A DNA stretch of 64,000 bases from assembly GCA_900088475.1 (NCBI GenBank), contig FLMG01000972.1:1-64000 (forward strand), read 5' to 3'. Made by a program: the position numbers and the translations under genes. A model generated the notes under the pieces. It was not told the DNA's origin. It made no database searches and was given only the letters and a program-made list of their open reading frames with translations. Origin of the DNA: Hyphochytrium catenoides. Its lineage: Eukaryota; Protista; Hyphochytriomycota. Shown here one piece after another: positions 1 through 11,518 of this stretch (the first letter of the stretch is position 1; each line of letters begins with the position of its first letter).

Positions 1-524
1 CTACATGAGCCGCTGTATCATAGGGAAATAGCATGCCTCTTTAGAAATCGAATGTTTCTCACGCGGCCGCATTCTTATGTGAGTTAGAAGGCCCATCATG
101 CAACTTGGCAGTGATTGTGGCACTCTCCTATCATGGCAACTACGAGGCAGAGTCACCCACAAACTAAGAGCAAACCTGAAGAGAACACCCGATTCTCTCT
201 CTCTGTGAGCCTACTTGCTTCTATTTGTTCAAGGAAAGACAAGCTGCGAGAGTTGACACACGAGTTCACGGCCACTGGCTGTAAGAGTACTCAAAATGAC
301 TGACGATTGCCAAGTTAAAGTCCTCCAGTCAGTTCTGCTGTGGGCTAGCAAAGCTTTATGGAGAGCCCTTCAAGCCTGGTGCAGTTGGGCTGATAGCGTC
401 TATCACGTGAGGAGAAGCAACAGATGGTGAAGCGCGAGCTAATCACCTGCGAAATTATGTTTATTTAGAGGCTGAAGCAAGGATGATACCCCTAAGTTGG
501 ATGCTGCGATTGACACTGTTATAT

Positions 525-1429
525 CTACTTCCCTCCAAGACAGTTCGCTAGAGCTGTCTCTAGCAAACTTTGTAAGCTGTGAAGGAACTTCTTGCTGTTG
601 ACCGGTGTGCCTTGTACTGACGTGAAAAGCCATTGAAGTGCAGAAGGAGAGACTTCTACATATGTCAGAGCTAAAGAAGCTATATTATCATTTGCCAGGT
701 GCCGCACGCGCCGAGATCCTCGGTTTGCGCCTTCATGAGCTCTAACATCTCCTTTGTTCCGCGTTCTAGTTTGAACTTTCTATCCTCCTCGTCCACGACC
801 TTCATTTATGCCGCTACTGCTTCCTCCGCGGCTTTGATCTTAGCAAAGTCCTTCTCTCCCTTGGCTACGTTCTTGCACTGAACTTCTCTGAATTGCTGGC
901 CTTTTCGCCGTTTCTTCCCTCGGCGCAGCCCGCGATTTACATCTCTTGATTGACGAGAGCATAATTCAACTTTGTACAGGCTATTTCCCAAAGATAGACG
1001 TTGTCTCACTAATTCTCAGCTTACAGAGCAAAGCAAAGGCGCCGAGGAACAACTTTCATTAGCGCTTACAAAGTGTATCACCGACTGCTCCTCCTCCTCC
1101 AGCCAGCCAATTATCCTGCCATGCCAGTACTCTAAAAACACAGCTACTAAGAGTTTGTCCACCTGCTAGCTACCTGTGACGCTATCCCCGGGCTTAAGCG
1201 CACTGAGCTTGCCGCCGAAGCGGCACCAGAAGAGCCCTGACGCCCTGACTGTGCGAGAGAGAGAGAGAGAACCTTGCAGATTGGGAGCGGCTGCTGAGTC
1301 CCTGACCACCGCAAGTTGAAGAGAGACAACACAGGACAGCAAGAGAGCATGATGGCCACTGTAAATTTGACACAGCTCTAGTGAAATACACCCCTTGAAG
1401 GTGAAATATGGGTTTTTATTGACATGCAC
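525..1429 (-). pseudogene. Probable decayed coding sequence of unknown family (coiled-coil-like)
   Basis: One minus frame runs from ~1429 to ~680 with only three internal stops (TAG 1166, TGA ~1016, TAA 806): ...VDKLLVAVFLEYWHGRIIGWLEEEEQ...AAEEAVAA*MKVVDEEDRKFKLERGTKEMLELMKAQ. It appears to continue after a frameshift in ORF 525-707. No family recognised. Confidence 0.3.
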
Positions 1430-1609
1430 AATGCCTTACACCGACTTTGGGGCCCTAGAGACAAGGCTGAAATGTCAAATAGGTTTGTGGCAACCTAAAC
1501 TGACAGCTATCGTGACAAAGGTCAGCTATTGGCTGAGTTGACAAGATACCTGACATCTCTTCAATCCCAGCAATCTCCAGCCACTCTGAGCTGCATTTCT
1601 TTGGCTGTT

Positions 1610-1612
<3 letters not shown>

Positions 1613-1655
<43 letters not shown>

Positions 1656-1705
1656 CTCTCTCCTGGTCTCCCTCTCTGCCTCTCTCTCTCTCTCTTTCTC
1701 TCTCC
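1613..1705. repeat. (CT)n microsatellite upstream of the S53 peptidase
   Basis: Pure ctct run at 1613-1650 followed by degenerate CT tracts. Confidence 0.9.
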
Positions 1706-1900
1706 GCCCTCGTGGACACTTCTTCGATCCCTTCTCTCTCTCACCTTCATTCATCGTCTCGCGGGGCCCAGCTCCCCTGAAGATTGAAGCTGGGCTGTCA
1801 GTGGATAGCGTCGTCTCACCCTGAGTATCAGACCTAAGCTTACAGCCTCCACGAGCACTGCTAGAAGAGAAAGCTGTGTTACAGGTGAGAGAGGAACGTA

Positions 1901-4603
1901 ATGTCGCGCCGTCTCGCTCTCGTCTCCCTGGGGGCACTGTTCCTGCTCTTAGATACCTGCTGCACCGGCAATGACGCCCAGCAGAGCCTTTCGGGGCTTT
2001 CCTCGGGGTTGGCCAGCTTCAAGTCTGAGCCACTAGTCTCACAAGTGTCAGAAGATGAATCGCGCATTGACCTGAAAGACTGGGAGAAGCTCTCAGTGGC
2101 TGCAGAGGAGGAAGAGATCCCTCTCACTCTTGCTCTTCGTCAGCGGAATAAAGCGAGACTAGAGCGTCTGCTCTTCGAGGTCTCAGACCCTGGAAGCTCA
2201 AAGTATGGACGATATCTGTCGAATGAGGAGATCACCAAGCTCGTGGCGCCAAAGAGGAAAGACCTTGCTGCCGTTGCGCGCTTTCTCGAGGAATTTGGCG
2301 TTAGCTTCTCTCTCAAAGACCTGGCCGGCAACAAGGACTATCTACGCATCACTGTGCCAATAAAGACAGCCAAACAGCTCCTGGCTACCGACTTTAGCAA
2401 GTATCGCCATAGAGGCCACGGTATAGAGTATATCCGAGCTGATAAGCCGTACAAGCTGCCCAAGTCTATCGCTGATACCGTCGAGTATGTGGCCGGAGTC
2501 CATGGGATGCCGCCGTCGAAGATGCTGAGGAAGATCAGCGAAAGAAAGACGAAGCTCTCCAACGAAAGGGTGGCAAGAGAGGTGAAGAGACAAGAAGAAC
2601 ATGAGCAAATCGAAGAGAAGTCGACCCCTCCTGCTTCATTCTTTGGAGAAACCTCTGCACATATCATGGTGCCAATCGCTTGGCGCGGCTCCAACGTCTC
2701 CCTCCTGTCCACCATCCGCTGCAGAGACGGCCGTCTCCTAACCAAAGATGACCATCACTGCCCTGGCCCAAAGATCAGCGCCATTCGCGCGGGGATATTC
2801 CCCCTCTCACGGCTAGAGCAGTCAGTTGCTAGCGTCAACTGGCCAGAGGCCTATGGTCGGGACTGCAGAATCTGTGAGGACTTTGCAGATCTCGGTCTTT
2901 ATCGTGGCCGCTCGGTGGCTAGAGTCTGCTCTCTCATGCTGGAAAGGGCGAAGCTAGACAACGACACCGTTATCTGCCATCTTACTGTCCCTAACGTCGT
3001 GGTAGGAGCAGAGTCTATGGTGGACGTGGAGATCCTCTATGAAGACGGCTCCAGGAACGATGAGGCGCACTGTGCAGAGTCCGTCAGCTACCTTAATTGC
3101 ACGCGTTTCATCACTCCCCAGCCTGACGCCGAACCGAACTTTCTCTCTTCTTTCTATGAAATTCCAAGAGGAACCGAGGTGAAGGACGTTCGAAGTACTC
3201 AGGCTGTCGCTGAGTTCTTGGGCGAGTACTACTCAGATGCTGACCTGCAAGACTACTTCCAGACCTACAACGTTAAGCGTGAGAAGGTCTACAAGATATT
3301 AGGTCCTAATGATGAGAGTAAACCAGGAGGAGAAGCCTCTCTGGATATTCAGGTCATCATGGGCGTGGCGCCTCGCTCTCCAACATACTTTATGTCCATG
3401 GGAGGACTCAGAGATATCAATAGAAATACGTCAAGAGACAACCAAGAGCCACTGCTAGAGTTCATGGTGAATCTTTGCGAGATGGAAAACCCTCCGCTCG
3501 TCCTCTCTTTCTCTTATGGGGACGACGAGGAGGCTCAACCGAAGGTATACACGGACAGGATGAACGTGGAGTTCATGAAGGCTGGCCTTAGAGGACTTTC
3601 CATCCTCTTCGCAGCGGGAGATGATGGTGTAGGAGGAGACAGAGTGCGAACAGGTGGAGAAAGTGCATGCACAAAGTTCTTCCCTGAGTGGCCGACGAGC
3701 TCGCCCTTTGTCACGGCTGTGGGTGGAACGATGATGGGAAGATACCTCGATGCAGGGGAAGGCCCCTTGTCTGAGGCTGTCAGCGACGTCCGTACTGGGT
3801 CTATCATCACGACCGGAGGAGGCTTTTCCAACCGCTACGAGCGGCCATGGTACCAGCAGCGGGCAGTTCACGGCTATCTTGCCCTAGCACGGCGTCAGCT
3901 ACCGGATGCCAAGTACTTCAATAGGCGAGGAAGAGCTTATCCTGATGTGAGCGCCATGGCCACCAACTACATGGTAAAGCTCGGGGATGAAGGTTACGTG
4001 CCCGTAGGCGGAACATCGGCCAGTACCCCGCTCGTAGCAGCAATTGTCACCTTGCTGAACGATGTTAGGCTAAGGAAGGGCCAGCCGCCTCTGGGCTTCC
4101 TAAACCCCTTGCTCTACTACCTGGACCAGGTCTCTATTGAGGCGTTCAGGGACGTTGTAAGAGGAAATAATCGCTGCAGTGAGGACGGCAATAACTGCTG
4201 TCCTGCCGGGTTCGAAGCTGTTGCTGGGTTCGACGCAGCCACAGGCATTGGTTCTCCAAACTTCACCGCTTTGGCCCATCTTGTGACCCACCTAGATGAG
4301 CTGAAGGACCTGAATATGGCGCAGAAGTTCGAGGAGCAGAAGGAGAAATACTGGGCGATGAATGAGATTGATGAAAGCAGCGAGGACGCGTGGGAAGAGG
4401 AGCTTAAAGACACGAAGGATGGCCGTTTCAGCGCTCAGGAGGCTCAAGTTTATCGTGAGGGTAGAGAGAATCAAACGCATAGACCATGGTTTCCCTCTCT
4501 CTCTCTTATCCTTCTGCTGGCACTCGTTAGCACAGGAGCGGGAGTGCTTATCCGCGCAAAGCTCCGGTCTTCCCGACGTGCCGCAGGCTATAGGCCGCTA
4601 TAG
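1901..4603 (+). CDS. TPP1: Sedolisin/S53-family tripeptidyl-peptidase-I-like protease with signal peptide, prodomain and C-terminal membrane anchor
   Basis: 900-aa intronless ORF. Hydrophobic signal peptide; pro-kumamolisin prodomain (VSDPGSSKYGRYLS); catalytic GEASLD (Glu/Asp), AAGDDG oxyanion Asp, GGTSAS nucleophile Ser, GRAYPDVSA and the Ca-site GFDAATGIGSP; C-terminal TM helix ending ...RRAAGYRPL*. Confidence 0.93.
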   Translation: MSRRLALVSLGALFLLLDTCCTGNDAQQSLSGLSSGLASFKSEPLVSQVSEDESRIDLKDWEKLSVAAEEEEIPLTLALRQRNKARLERLLFEVSDPGSSKYGRYLSNEEITKLVAPKRKDLAAVARFLEEFGVSFSLKDLAGNKDYLRITVPIKTAKQLLATDFSKYRHRGHGIEYIRADKPYKLPKSIADTVEYVAGVHGMPPSKMLRKISERKTKLSNERVAREVKRQEEHEQIEEKSTPPASFFGETSAHIMVPIAWRGSNVSLLSTIRCRDGRLLTKDDHHCPGPKISAIRAGIFPLSRLEQSVASVNWPEAYGRDCRICEDFADLGLYRGRSVARVCSLMLERAKLDNDTVICHLTVPNVVVGAESMVDVEILYEDGSRNDEAHCAESVSYLNCTRFITPQPDAEPNFLSSFYEIPRGTEVKDVRSTQAVAEFLGEYYSDADLQDYFQTYNVKREKVYKILGPNDESKPGGEASLDIQVIMGVAPRSPTYFMSMGGLRDINRNTSRDNQEPLLEFMVNLCEMENPPLVLSFSYGDDEEAQPKVYTDRMNVEFMKAGLRGLSILFAAGDDGVGGDRVRTGGESACTKFFPEWPTSSPFVTAVGGTMMGRYLDAGEGPLSEAVSDVRTGSIITTGGGFSNRYERPWYQQRAVHGYLALARRQLPDAKYFNRRGRAYPDVSAMATNYMVKLGDEGYVPVGGTSASTPLVAAIVTLLNDVRLRKGQPPLGFLNPLLYYLDQVSIEAFRDVVRGNNRCSEDGNNCCPAGFEAVAGFDAATGIGSPNFTALAHLVTHLDELKDLNMAQKFEEQKEKYWAMNEIDESSEDAWEEELKDTKDGRFSAQEAQVYREGRENQTHRPWFPSLSLILLLALVSTGAGVLIRAKLRSSRRAAGYRPL

Positions 4604-5592
4604 AGACTGGCAGAAAGATCCTGGATTGCATGTCATACTAGCTGAAAACATCAATATTGCCGTCCAAAGCGGGACCTTGCACTAAACGCTCAATTGAGTA
4701 GGGAGCTGAATGGCCTTCTATGAGCGTCAACTAATAGGGCATCCATTGAAAATTAGAGCTCGTCTCGCGACCACGCAAAGCTTTCTCTATTCTAAGTTAG
4801 GTTCAGAAGAGATAGAAAGGTTATTTTTGCTTCTGCAGGGGCGCAACTCATTCTTCCCTCATGAGCTCTTCCCATACCTCAATTTGCCGTACTATCAATG
4901 ACATCTCCCTTTTGAACTAGTAACGGGGCAGAGGACTGCAGAGACAGCTCCCACGACAAAGAATGTAACAGGCACTTGATTCTCTCAAGCAGAGTTTGTT
5001 TATTAGCTGCGCAGCTGGGAAAGCAGTCAGCCTGCTGTCTTCTTCCGGTTTGGAGGAACAGCAGCGTCAGCCGACCAACTAATTAGTGAAGAGCAGCAGC
5101 TAGATCTCTCCGGTCTCATAATCAAAGTCCAGGAGAAGCACTACTGTTCTCTATCTGTTCTCCGGTCTCATTATCTTTGGCCGTCTTCAGATGATCTCCT
5201 TGTAAGAGCTAACGTCGAGCATCCGGGTGTCAGAGGATCAGAGGATGATGACGATCTTGAGCTGGATCTTGACGGATCTTGGGTATTGAGCAAAATCAGT
5301 CGTGTATGTATCCCTCTTATCACCTAAGAAACAGTGAACAGACAGACGGTGCCCGTACATTAACAACTACAACAAGGCAATGAGCAACTTCCACTTCTTC
5401 ATCTGCAAAAATCTCTGATGCTCCTCCTTCATCAGGTCACCGATGCAAAGAGTGAGTCGTCTATGTTCAAAGTTCTCTTCTCAGTCTTGCTTACATGGTC
5501 CCGTCTGCTAACCCTGGCTTGTAAATGACACACGGCGGCTGAGTACACCTTTTGCTGAGAAGATCTAAAGGACTCTTGGAGGGCAAAGGAGA

Positions 5593-6577
5593 ATGGCCGA
5601 AGAGTTCCGTCACCGGCTGGACACAAACGTCGGTACGTCCGTTCATGTCAATCTTGTTCATTCACGTTAGTGCTGACAATCGCCAGGACTAATGTAGCTG
5701 TTGCTCCACTCTATTCTCTATGCAGAGAAATTTGTGGAGAACTACATCCGCCTCGTACGCTCAGCAAAGGTAGAATGCTTCTCATCGAGGTCGCGTATTA
5801 CTCATTTTCTTTTGTAACTTAACGCCCTCTGTTCCTTTCTCTTGACGCTTACGCTGATTTGAAGGTTCAAGATAAAACATCAGTAGCTCGAGAGGAGTTC
5901 AACACCAGCGTGTACACGACCGCTTTGGTACGATCCTCACGATCTCGCTTCGTGTGCAAAGTATCGATTTGGCCCAGCACCGCTAAGCTGCGTGCTGGCA
6001 CTACTTTCCTTTTGTTACGCTTCTTTCTCATGCCTATAAAGGGTAGTGCTGTGGGTCTGGGGGCAGCTCTCATTTGGTTGTCGGTGGCAATCATCCTCTC
6101 TTGTTCCTAGCTGCGCTGCTGTCTCCGTTATTGGATGACTACTCGTCTGATTCGTCTCCGCAGGTTCAGGCGGCAGAGTCTCTATTGAAAACGGTCTCAG
6201 AGCTGAAGCTTGCTGTCATCCTCCAAGACTTTGAGACGATGAACTCACACATCGATGCTCGGAACAAGCTACTTGGAGAAAAGTAAGCTTTACACTACTT
6301 CGCACCCGCTCAGCTCGCGCTTTGTCTCTGCCTCTTCCATAAGGGGAAAGCCTCCCTGTTGTTGTCCGCTTTTATCGCTACCTTCTCCCCGGTAATGGTG
6401 TATGCCACATTCACCTTCCTTTCGTCTTTGCTCCAATAACTTCTCAAGTTCATTTTGCTGATAGTATCTCACGGCAGGGTGAAAGCCATCGATAGTGAAC
6501 TAGACTACATCAGTGCAGACGTCTCTGAAGCTCTGACAGAGCTCCAGACGCACTATTATCGCTCCAGATGGCGATGA
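5593..6577 (+). CDS. MED22: Mediator complex subunit 22 (Surf5/Srb6), 5 exons
   Basis: GT-AG exons 5593-5632, 5726-5769, 5865-5927, 6164-6282 and 6478-6577 splice to MAEEFRHRLDTNVEKFVENYIRLVRSAKVQDK...LVQAAESLLKTVSELKLAVILQDFETMNSHIDARN...SEALTELQTHYYRSRWR*. This matches the Med22 pattern (AxESLxKxVSxLK...LxDF...LxELExxYY). Confidence 0.88.
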
Positions 6578-6650
6578 GCGATGAATCCTTAGACAATCCC
6601 ATAAATATGTATCCCTCTTCCTCTCCCTTCTCTCTTTCGAACCTGTCCTT

Positions 6651-8147
6651 TTACAGCTTGCTTCCTACTCCGTCCATCCTGTCAAGCATATAATCAAAGT
6701 GTTGATAGCGCCCACTGTGCAGCAATCGCCTTCTAGGGGTCCGGATAATGTCACCCACATACATATCCAGCGCGGTGCTATAGGTTGTGTCGTCGTTGCT
6801 CAGGAGGGGAGTCAGAGCACCATCATCATCTCTCTCCCAGTAGTCATCCCGCATAGCCACTGAGCGAGGAGTGCGAATGACTGCGTTGATGTCTCTGGCC
6901 AGCTCTCTGTCTCTTTCTGTCCCAAAGCTCCTATTTCTTCTATGGGAGAAGTACCACTGAACTTTGGCTTTCTCGTCGTCTGAAAGACGGGCCAGGCTCA
7001 TCTTGATCCTCTGAGGGGTGACATCCTTCCGAGTTATGAAGCCGCAGAAGCTATTGAACTGATCTACTACGGTCTAGATAGGTGGACACAGAGCAAGGAA
7101 AGGTCAGATCTGGGAGATACGAATGGGATAGACAGTTAAACGAGGGGGAAGTAGGGGCCCTAAACATTGCAAGATAAGGCTGCCGTTGCAAGGGGATAGA
7201 GGAGTCGCTCTCTATAGCCAAAAACGTAATGCATCGCTTAGGGCGGTGGCTTATCCTACCAGATGCCTTAGCCCCAAAGAGCGGAAAAGCCTGTAGGCTC
7301 TTGGTAGGGGTGTCTGTCAAGACGAGAGATATTTAGTCCACTGACAAAGGACAGCAAAGAGGCCGGACAATGCAACTTATTGTGGTCTTACATCTTCTCT
7401 AATGACGAAGGGAGTGCAGTTCATATAGGGAGAAAGATCAACCCAGAGATCCCTTTCCCAGTCTGATACGTGGATTGTATCAACGGCAGGAAACTTTGGA
7501 TAGCCTCCTTCCATGTCCTTATAAGATAGCGAGTACTGTTCACACAGAGCGATTCGTTAGCACATGCGACTGAAGATGTGAAGGACTTAAGATCACTGCG
7601 GGTATGGGCGGACAGAGGACCAGAGAGGGCTTTAGGAAGTGGGACTGAGTCAGGACATTGCCAAAGCGTTAATAACAGTCTGACGCTGAAAGGACTCGAG
7701 CTGAAAGTGACACCAATGGGTTGAGAGAAATGCAACCGGGGACCTTGGCGCATAAGAGCTCACCTGTTGATTGTAAAGGAAAGTCTGTCTCCCAGCTGGT
7801 TTCCTGATAAAAGGCGTAGGCTTCTCTTTAAAAAAATCTTTCCGTTGCAGTATGACGCAAGCATGCTTACGCAAGATAAGACCTGACAGTGGCACAGTAA
7901 GTGAAAAATGTCTTTTAGAAGAGATTGGAGGCCATGATAGCGGATTTCGCAACGTCCTACCTTGGAAAACGTTGTCTGACATGTTGATGCCTGAGAGCTT
8001 CTGAACCACGGGGTAGGCGGCGTTGTTAGAGTTGTATACCTTATCATACAGCTCACCTACGGCAACAGAGTTAAGGGAGAGATGCTTTAGTCAACAATCA
8101 ACTGCGCCATAAGTAACGGAAGATGGAGCACATACCTAGAACAAAGA

Positions 8148-8202
<55 letters not shown>

Positions 8203-11200
8203 GAGAGACAGACAGACAGACAGGGGCAGTGCGGAAACCCAAACAAAGGAACAAGACCAGAGACAACGTTGAGATGGAGCTTCGAGAACTCATTAAATGA
8301 GAAGCACAGTGTCTTACCAACTTTCATTGTGACCTCCATCTGCGGTACGCCCTTGTTCATCACGTTGTGCGCCCTAAGGAACTTGGAAAAGAATGGTGGC
8401 TCGCTCTCTAAGAAGGGCATCTTTTTAAGGTGGATGTGGATGTCATAGATGCCTTCATTAAAATAGTTCCCGGCCCATCGAGCGGCCAGAAGACAGGCCA
8501 TCAGTGGCAGACCCCACTCCATGACACCCGTACATTCCAAGATGATGACTGTAAGGGATATAGTCATCCGAGAGACGCCTCCTAAGAAAGAAGCGGCACC
8601 CATAAGAGCGTACATTCCATCAGACGCTGCGATAGGGATGGAGGTCCGACGCAGCAGGTAGACCCATATCCTGATAAATGTTAGCTCAGGTTAGCGACGT
8701 CTTAATGAGTGAGACTGAGACTTCATGGATCCAAACAGACACCCAAAAGGAATTGCAAGATGAGTTATGTAAGACGCTGACTGAGAGGTTAACAAAGCGC
8801 ATCTCGAAGCGATAAGATAGGGTATCGTGACTCCAGGAAGTGAGTGTAATCTTTGAGACCAAGCACCAGAAGAACATCTTCATCACCCATGCAGATCCCT
8901 CGCGCGGTAGTACCTGCCATATGCGGATCCCATCATGATGGTGGGAACAAACAGTCCGGAGGGAATGCTGATTCCATAGACGATGCAGGTCAGCACCACT
9001 CCGGGGAGGAAGAAGAGAAGAAGAGCTCTCATGTCGAAACTTTCTCCTCTTTCCACGCCCACACTTTCGGGTCCCTCGGATGTAAAGTGCAAGAGCTGCT
9101 TGATGGAGACATCATAGGGAACAAACCAAAGAGATGCTAGGTCGTTGTACTCCTCCGGGCGGCAAAAAAAGCTGTTCAGTTCTCCTGCTGTGGTAAGCTT
9201 CTCCTCTGATGGCCGAGGAAGACACTTTCCTAAGGTTTTGATTGATTAGGCAAAAGAAGATAGTGGAGATGGTTGGATGTGGTTACAGAAGTAATGGCTC
9301 CCATTTAGGGTTGAAAGTATGAATGAGTCACCAGGCCATGGTCCCAACAGCGAAAAAGACGTTAGGCTGGTAGAGTGTGTGCGCGGTGTGGGACAGCTGA
9401 AGAAGGAAGGAAAAGGTAACTTGTGTCAAAAAAGCAGCGGATCAATGCAACGACTAAGTGTACGTCAAACAGGAGCAAGGTGGAGCGGTACTCTTACCGA
9501 AGAAGTAAGGCACCAGATACTGCGTGCTCGTCACCAGTGCCGTCACAAAAAGAGCCTCTAAGACTTTCACTTTCCAATCTCTCAAGGTACCCATTCTCGC
9601 CTTTGTGATCTTAGTGTTAACACTATTGAAAAGCGCACCTAGCAGTCCGCCTCCAATGCCCATCAAGACGAAGATAGAGACTTCCCACGCCACATATTCC
9701 TTTCCTATAGAGGAGAAAGAGCCAAAGGAGAATGTTCCTGTCTGACTTCCTAGGTAGCCTAGCGTTTGCGTAGTCTGGGAATAAGTAAGAAAGATATTGA
9801 GGGTGAACGCCGAGACCATTGCGCAGAAGAAAGCCCTCCAGGTAAGAGACTGGTGCCAGAAAGACGCTCCTTCCTCCAGAGAGAACAGCACTCCTCCAAC
9901 TGGGGATCCGAAGGCAGCTGCTACTCCTGCTGCAGCTCCACAAGCGATGAAGTCTCTCTTCTCTTTGTCGTTACGGAAGGCGCTGAACTTCGAGAAGCTC
10001 GTGTCCAGGCCGAAACTAGTAGATTTACCCTGAGATAGACCTGCACCTACCACGGCCCCGCTGCAGAACACCAGGAATAGACAGCGACCTTGTCAGACAG
10101 AGTAAAGCGAAGGGCTACGCTAGATGGCGCGACGGAAGATGGAGCTCCGATAAAGACAATAGACTGGCAGACGCGTCTTTATCCGTGCCGGCCACGTGTG
10201 TTACTCCTACCTGTGAATCATCGGACCTTCTTTACCAATTGGAAGGCCAGAAGAGACGGACAGGATGATCCCAAACATCTTGGCGGCTAGGGTCTTGATC
10301 CGAACCACCCTAGGGATCTTTATACCTACCATTAGGGGTCAGAGAAAAAAATAAGGAACAGCAAAGGAGGTAAAAAATGAGTGGGATCCGATAGCAAGTA
10401 GTTGCGAAGGCGAATGGATTAAAAGGGAGGGGCGAGAAGAAGATAACGAGCAAACTATCAGCTTAAAAATCGCTAAACGAGGCGAAAGGATAGAGTCAAC
10501 GGACCATTAAGTGTGCATTTGATCTCCGGAATGCCTGAGCCTCCAGCAACAGGGCAAACTTTAGCCACAAAGAATGAAGCGATCAGGACAAACCCTAAGC
10601 AAGTTCCAACGTAGGCGAGGTAAGCTTGGCCCGACCATGACCATCCTCCCTCCTTATGTCCATCCTGAGTCTGCTCTCTTTCTCTAAGGAGCTCCTGCTG
10701 GATTATACCTCCCACAGTCGCAAACTTCCATGCTTGTAATTTGCTGGTGAAAGACTGGATGAAGATCGCGACCATTGCTGTGGTCATTCCTATAAGAAAG
10801 GTCATAATCCAGCGGCCTAACATTATCATCCGCAAGGTGTCTTCCGTCTGCTCCTGCATATGCTGCAGAGNNNNNNNNNNNNNNGAAGATAGGGAGAAAC
10901 CAGAAGGATGACTCTCGTGTCTTCGTACCTGCTTTCAAACTCGTCATAGTCATAGCTCTCAATCTGCTTGGTGAGTCGGTAAATTGCCTCCTCCTCCTGT
11001 CTGATACTGTCAGGAAGAGACGAGACAGAGGCAGTTTCACTGCGGTCACCCGTCGGTGGAGTCTCCGGTAGGCCTTCATCATTTATCACTGCAATAACAG
11101 CCAATCAGGCACGAAGGAGCAAAGCGACGGGGAAGTGAAGTGAGGCACGCCGTTGAAGAAAAGGATATTTAGAGAGGGAAAATGAGAGGATGGTAGATGC

Positions 11201-11518
11201 CATGGGAGAAGGGACGAGTGGAGAGCCAAATGCTTGAGAGTTGTAGAAGGAGACGGACAGCGGGCACGCCAATAAAGCAGCTTGCTTGCCTGGGGCCAGG
11301 AAAAGAGAGAGCGTGTACGTTCTCTAGAGAGAGGATGACGGTAATAGTGCAACAGATCAGATGCAGGAGACTAAGGGCACAAGGTAAGAGTTCTTGAGGC
11401 ACTTGCTCCTACCTGTCACCCTGGCTCGGGTTCTGATAGGATGCGGCAAAAGCCGCGTCATTTCATTGGGAATAGTCTCAGAGACAGGAGATAGTTCTCC
11501 TTCACTATGGTTCCTCAT
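6651..11518 (-). CDS. CLCN7: CLC-family 2Cl-/H+ exchanger, ClC-6/7 (endolysosomal) type, multi-exon with two CBS domains
   Basis: Spliced exons give [14 protein letters not shown] (gating Glu), [35 protein letters not shown] (proton Glu), [24 protein letters not shown] and the CBS2 end GFITRKDV. The first exon (ATG 11518) reads MRNHSEG...NEMTRLL. One N gap lies in an early intron. Confidence 0.92.
8151..8222. repeat. (GA)n/(GACA)n microsatellite in a CLC intron (CT on the sense strand)
   Basis: Direct read of the gagaga run. Confidence 0.9.

Noticed and set aside
806-1168. In-frame stops suggesting an alternative genetic code or read-through
   Set aside because: All three stop types occur there, and intact genes in the window end in TAG, TAA and TGA with long uninterrupted exons, so the standard code applies.
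5005-5450. Stop-free ~110-codon stretch and duplicated CTCCGGTCTCAT motif upstream of MED22
   Set aside because: No ATG, no homology recognised, and it cannot be spliced in frame to MED22 with confidence.
1901-11518. TPP1-like and ClC-7-like lysosomal genes as a functional cluster
   Set aside because: Only two genes, separated by MED22 and on opposite strands; coincidence cannot be excluded without synteny data.
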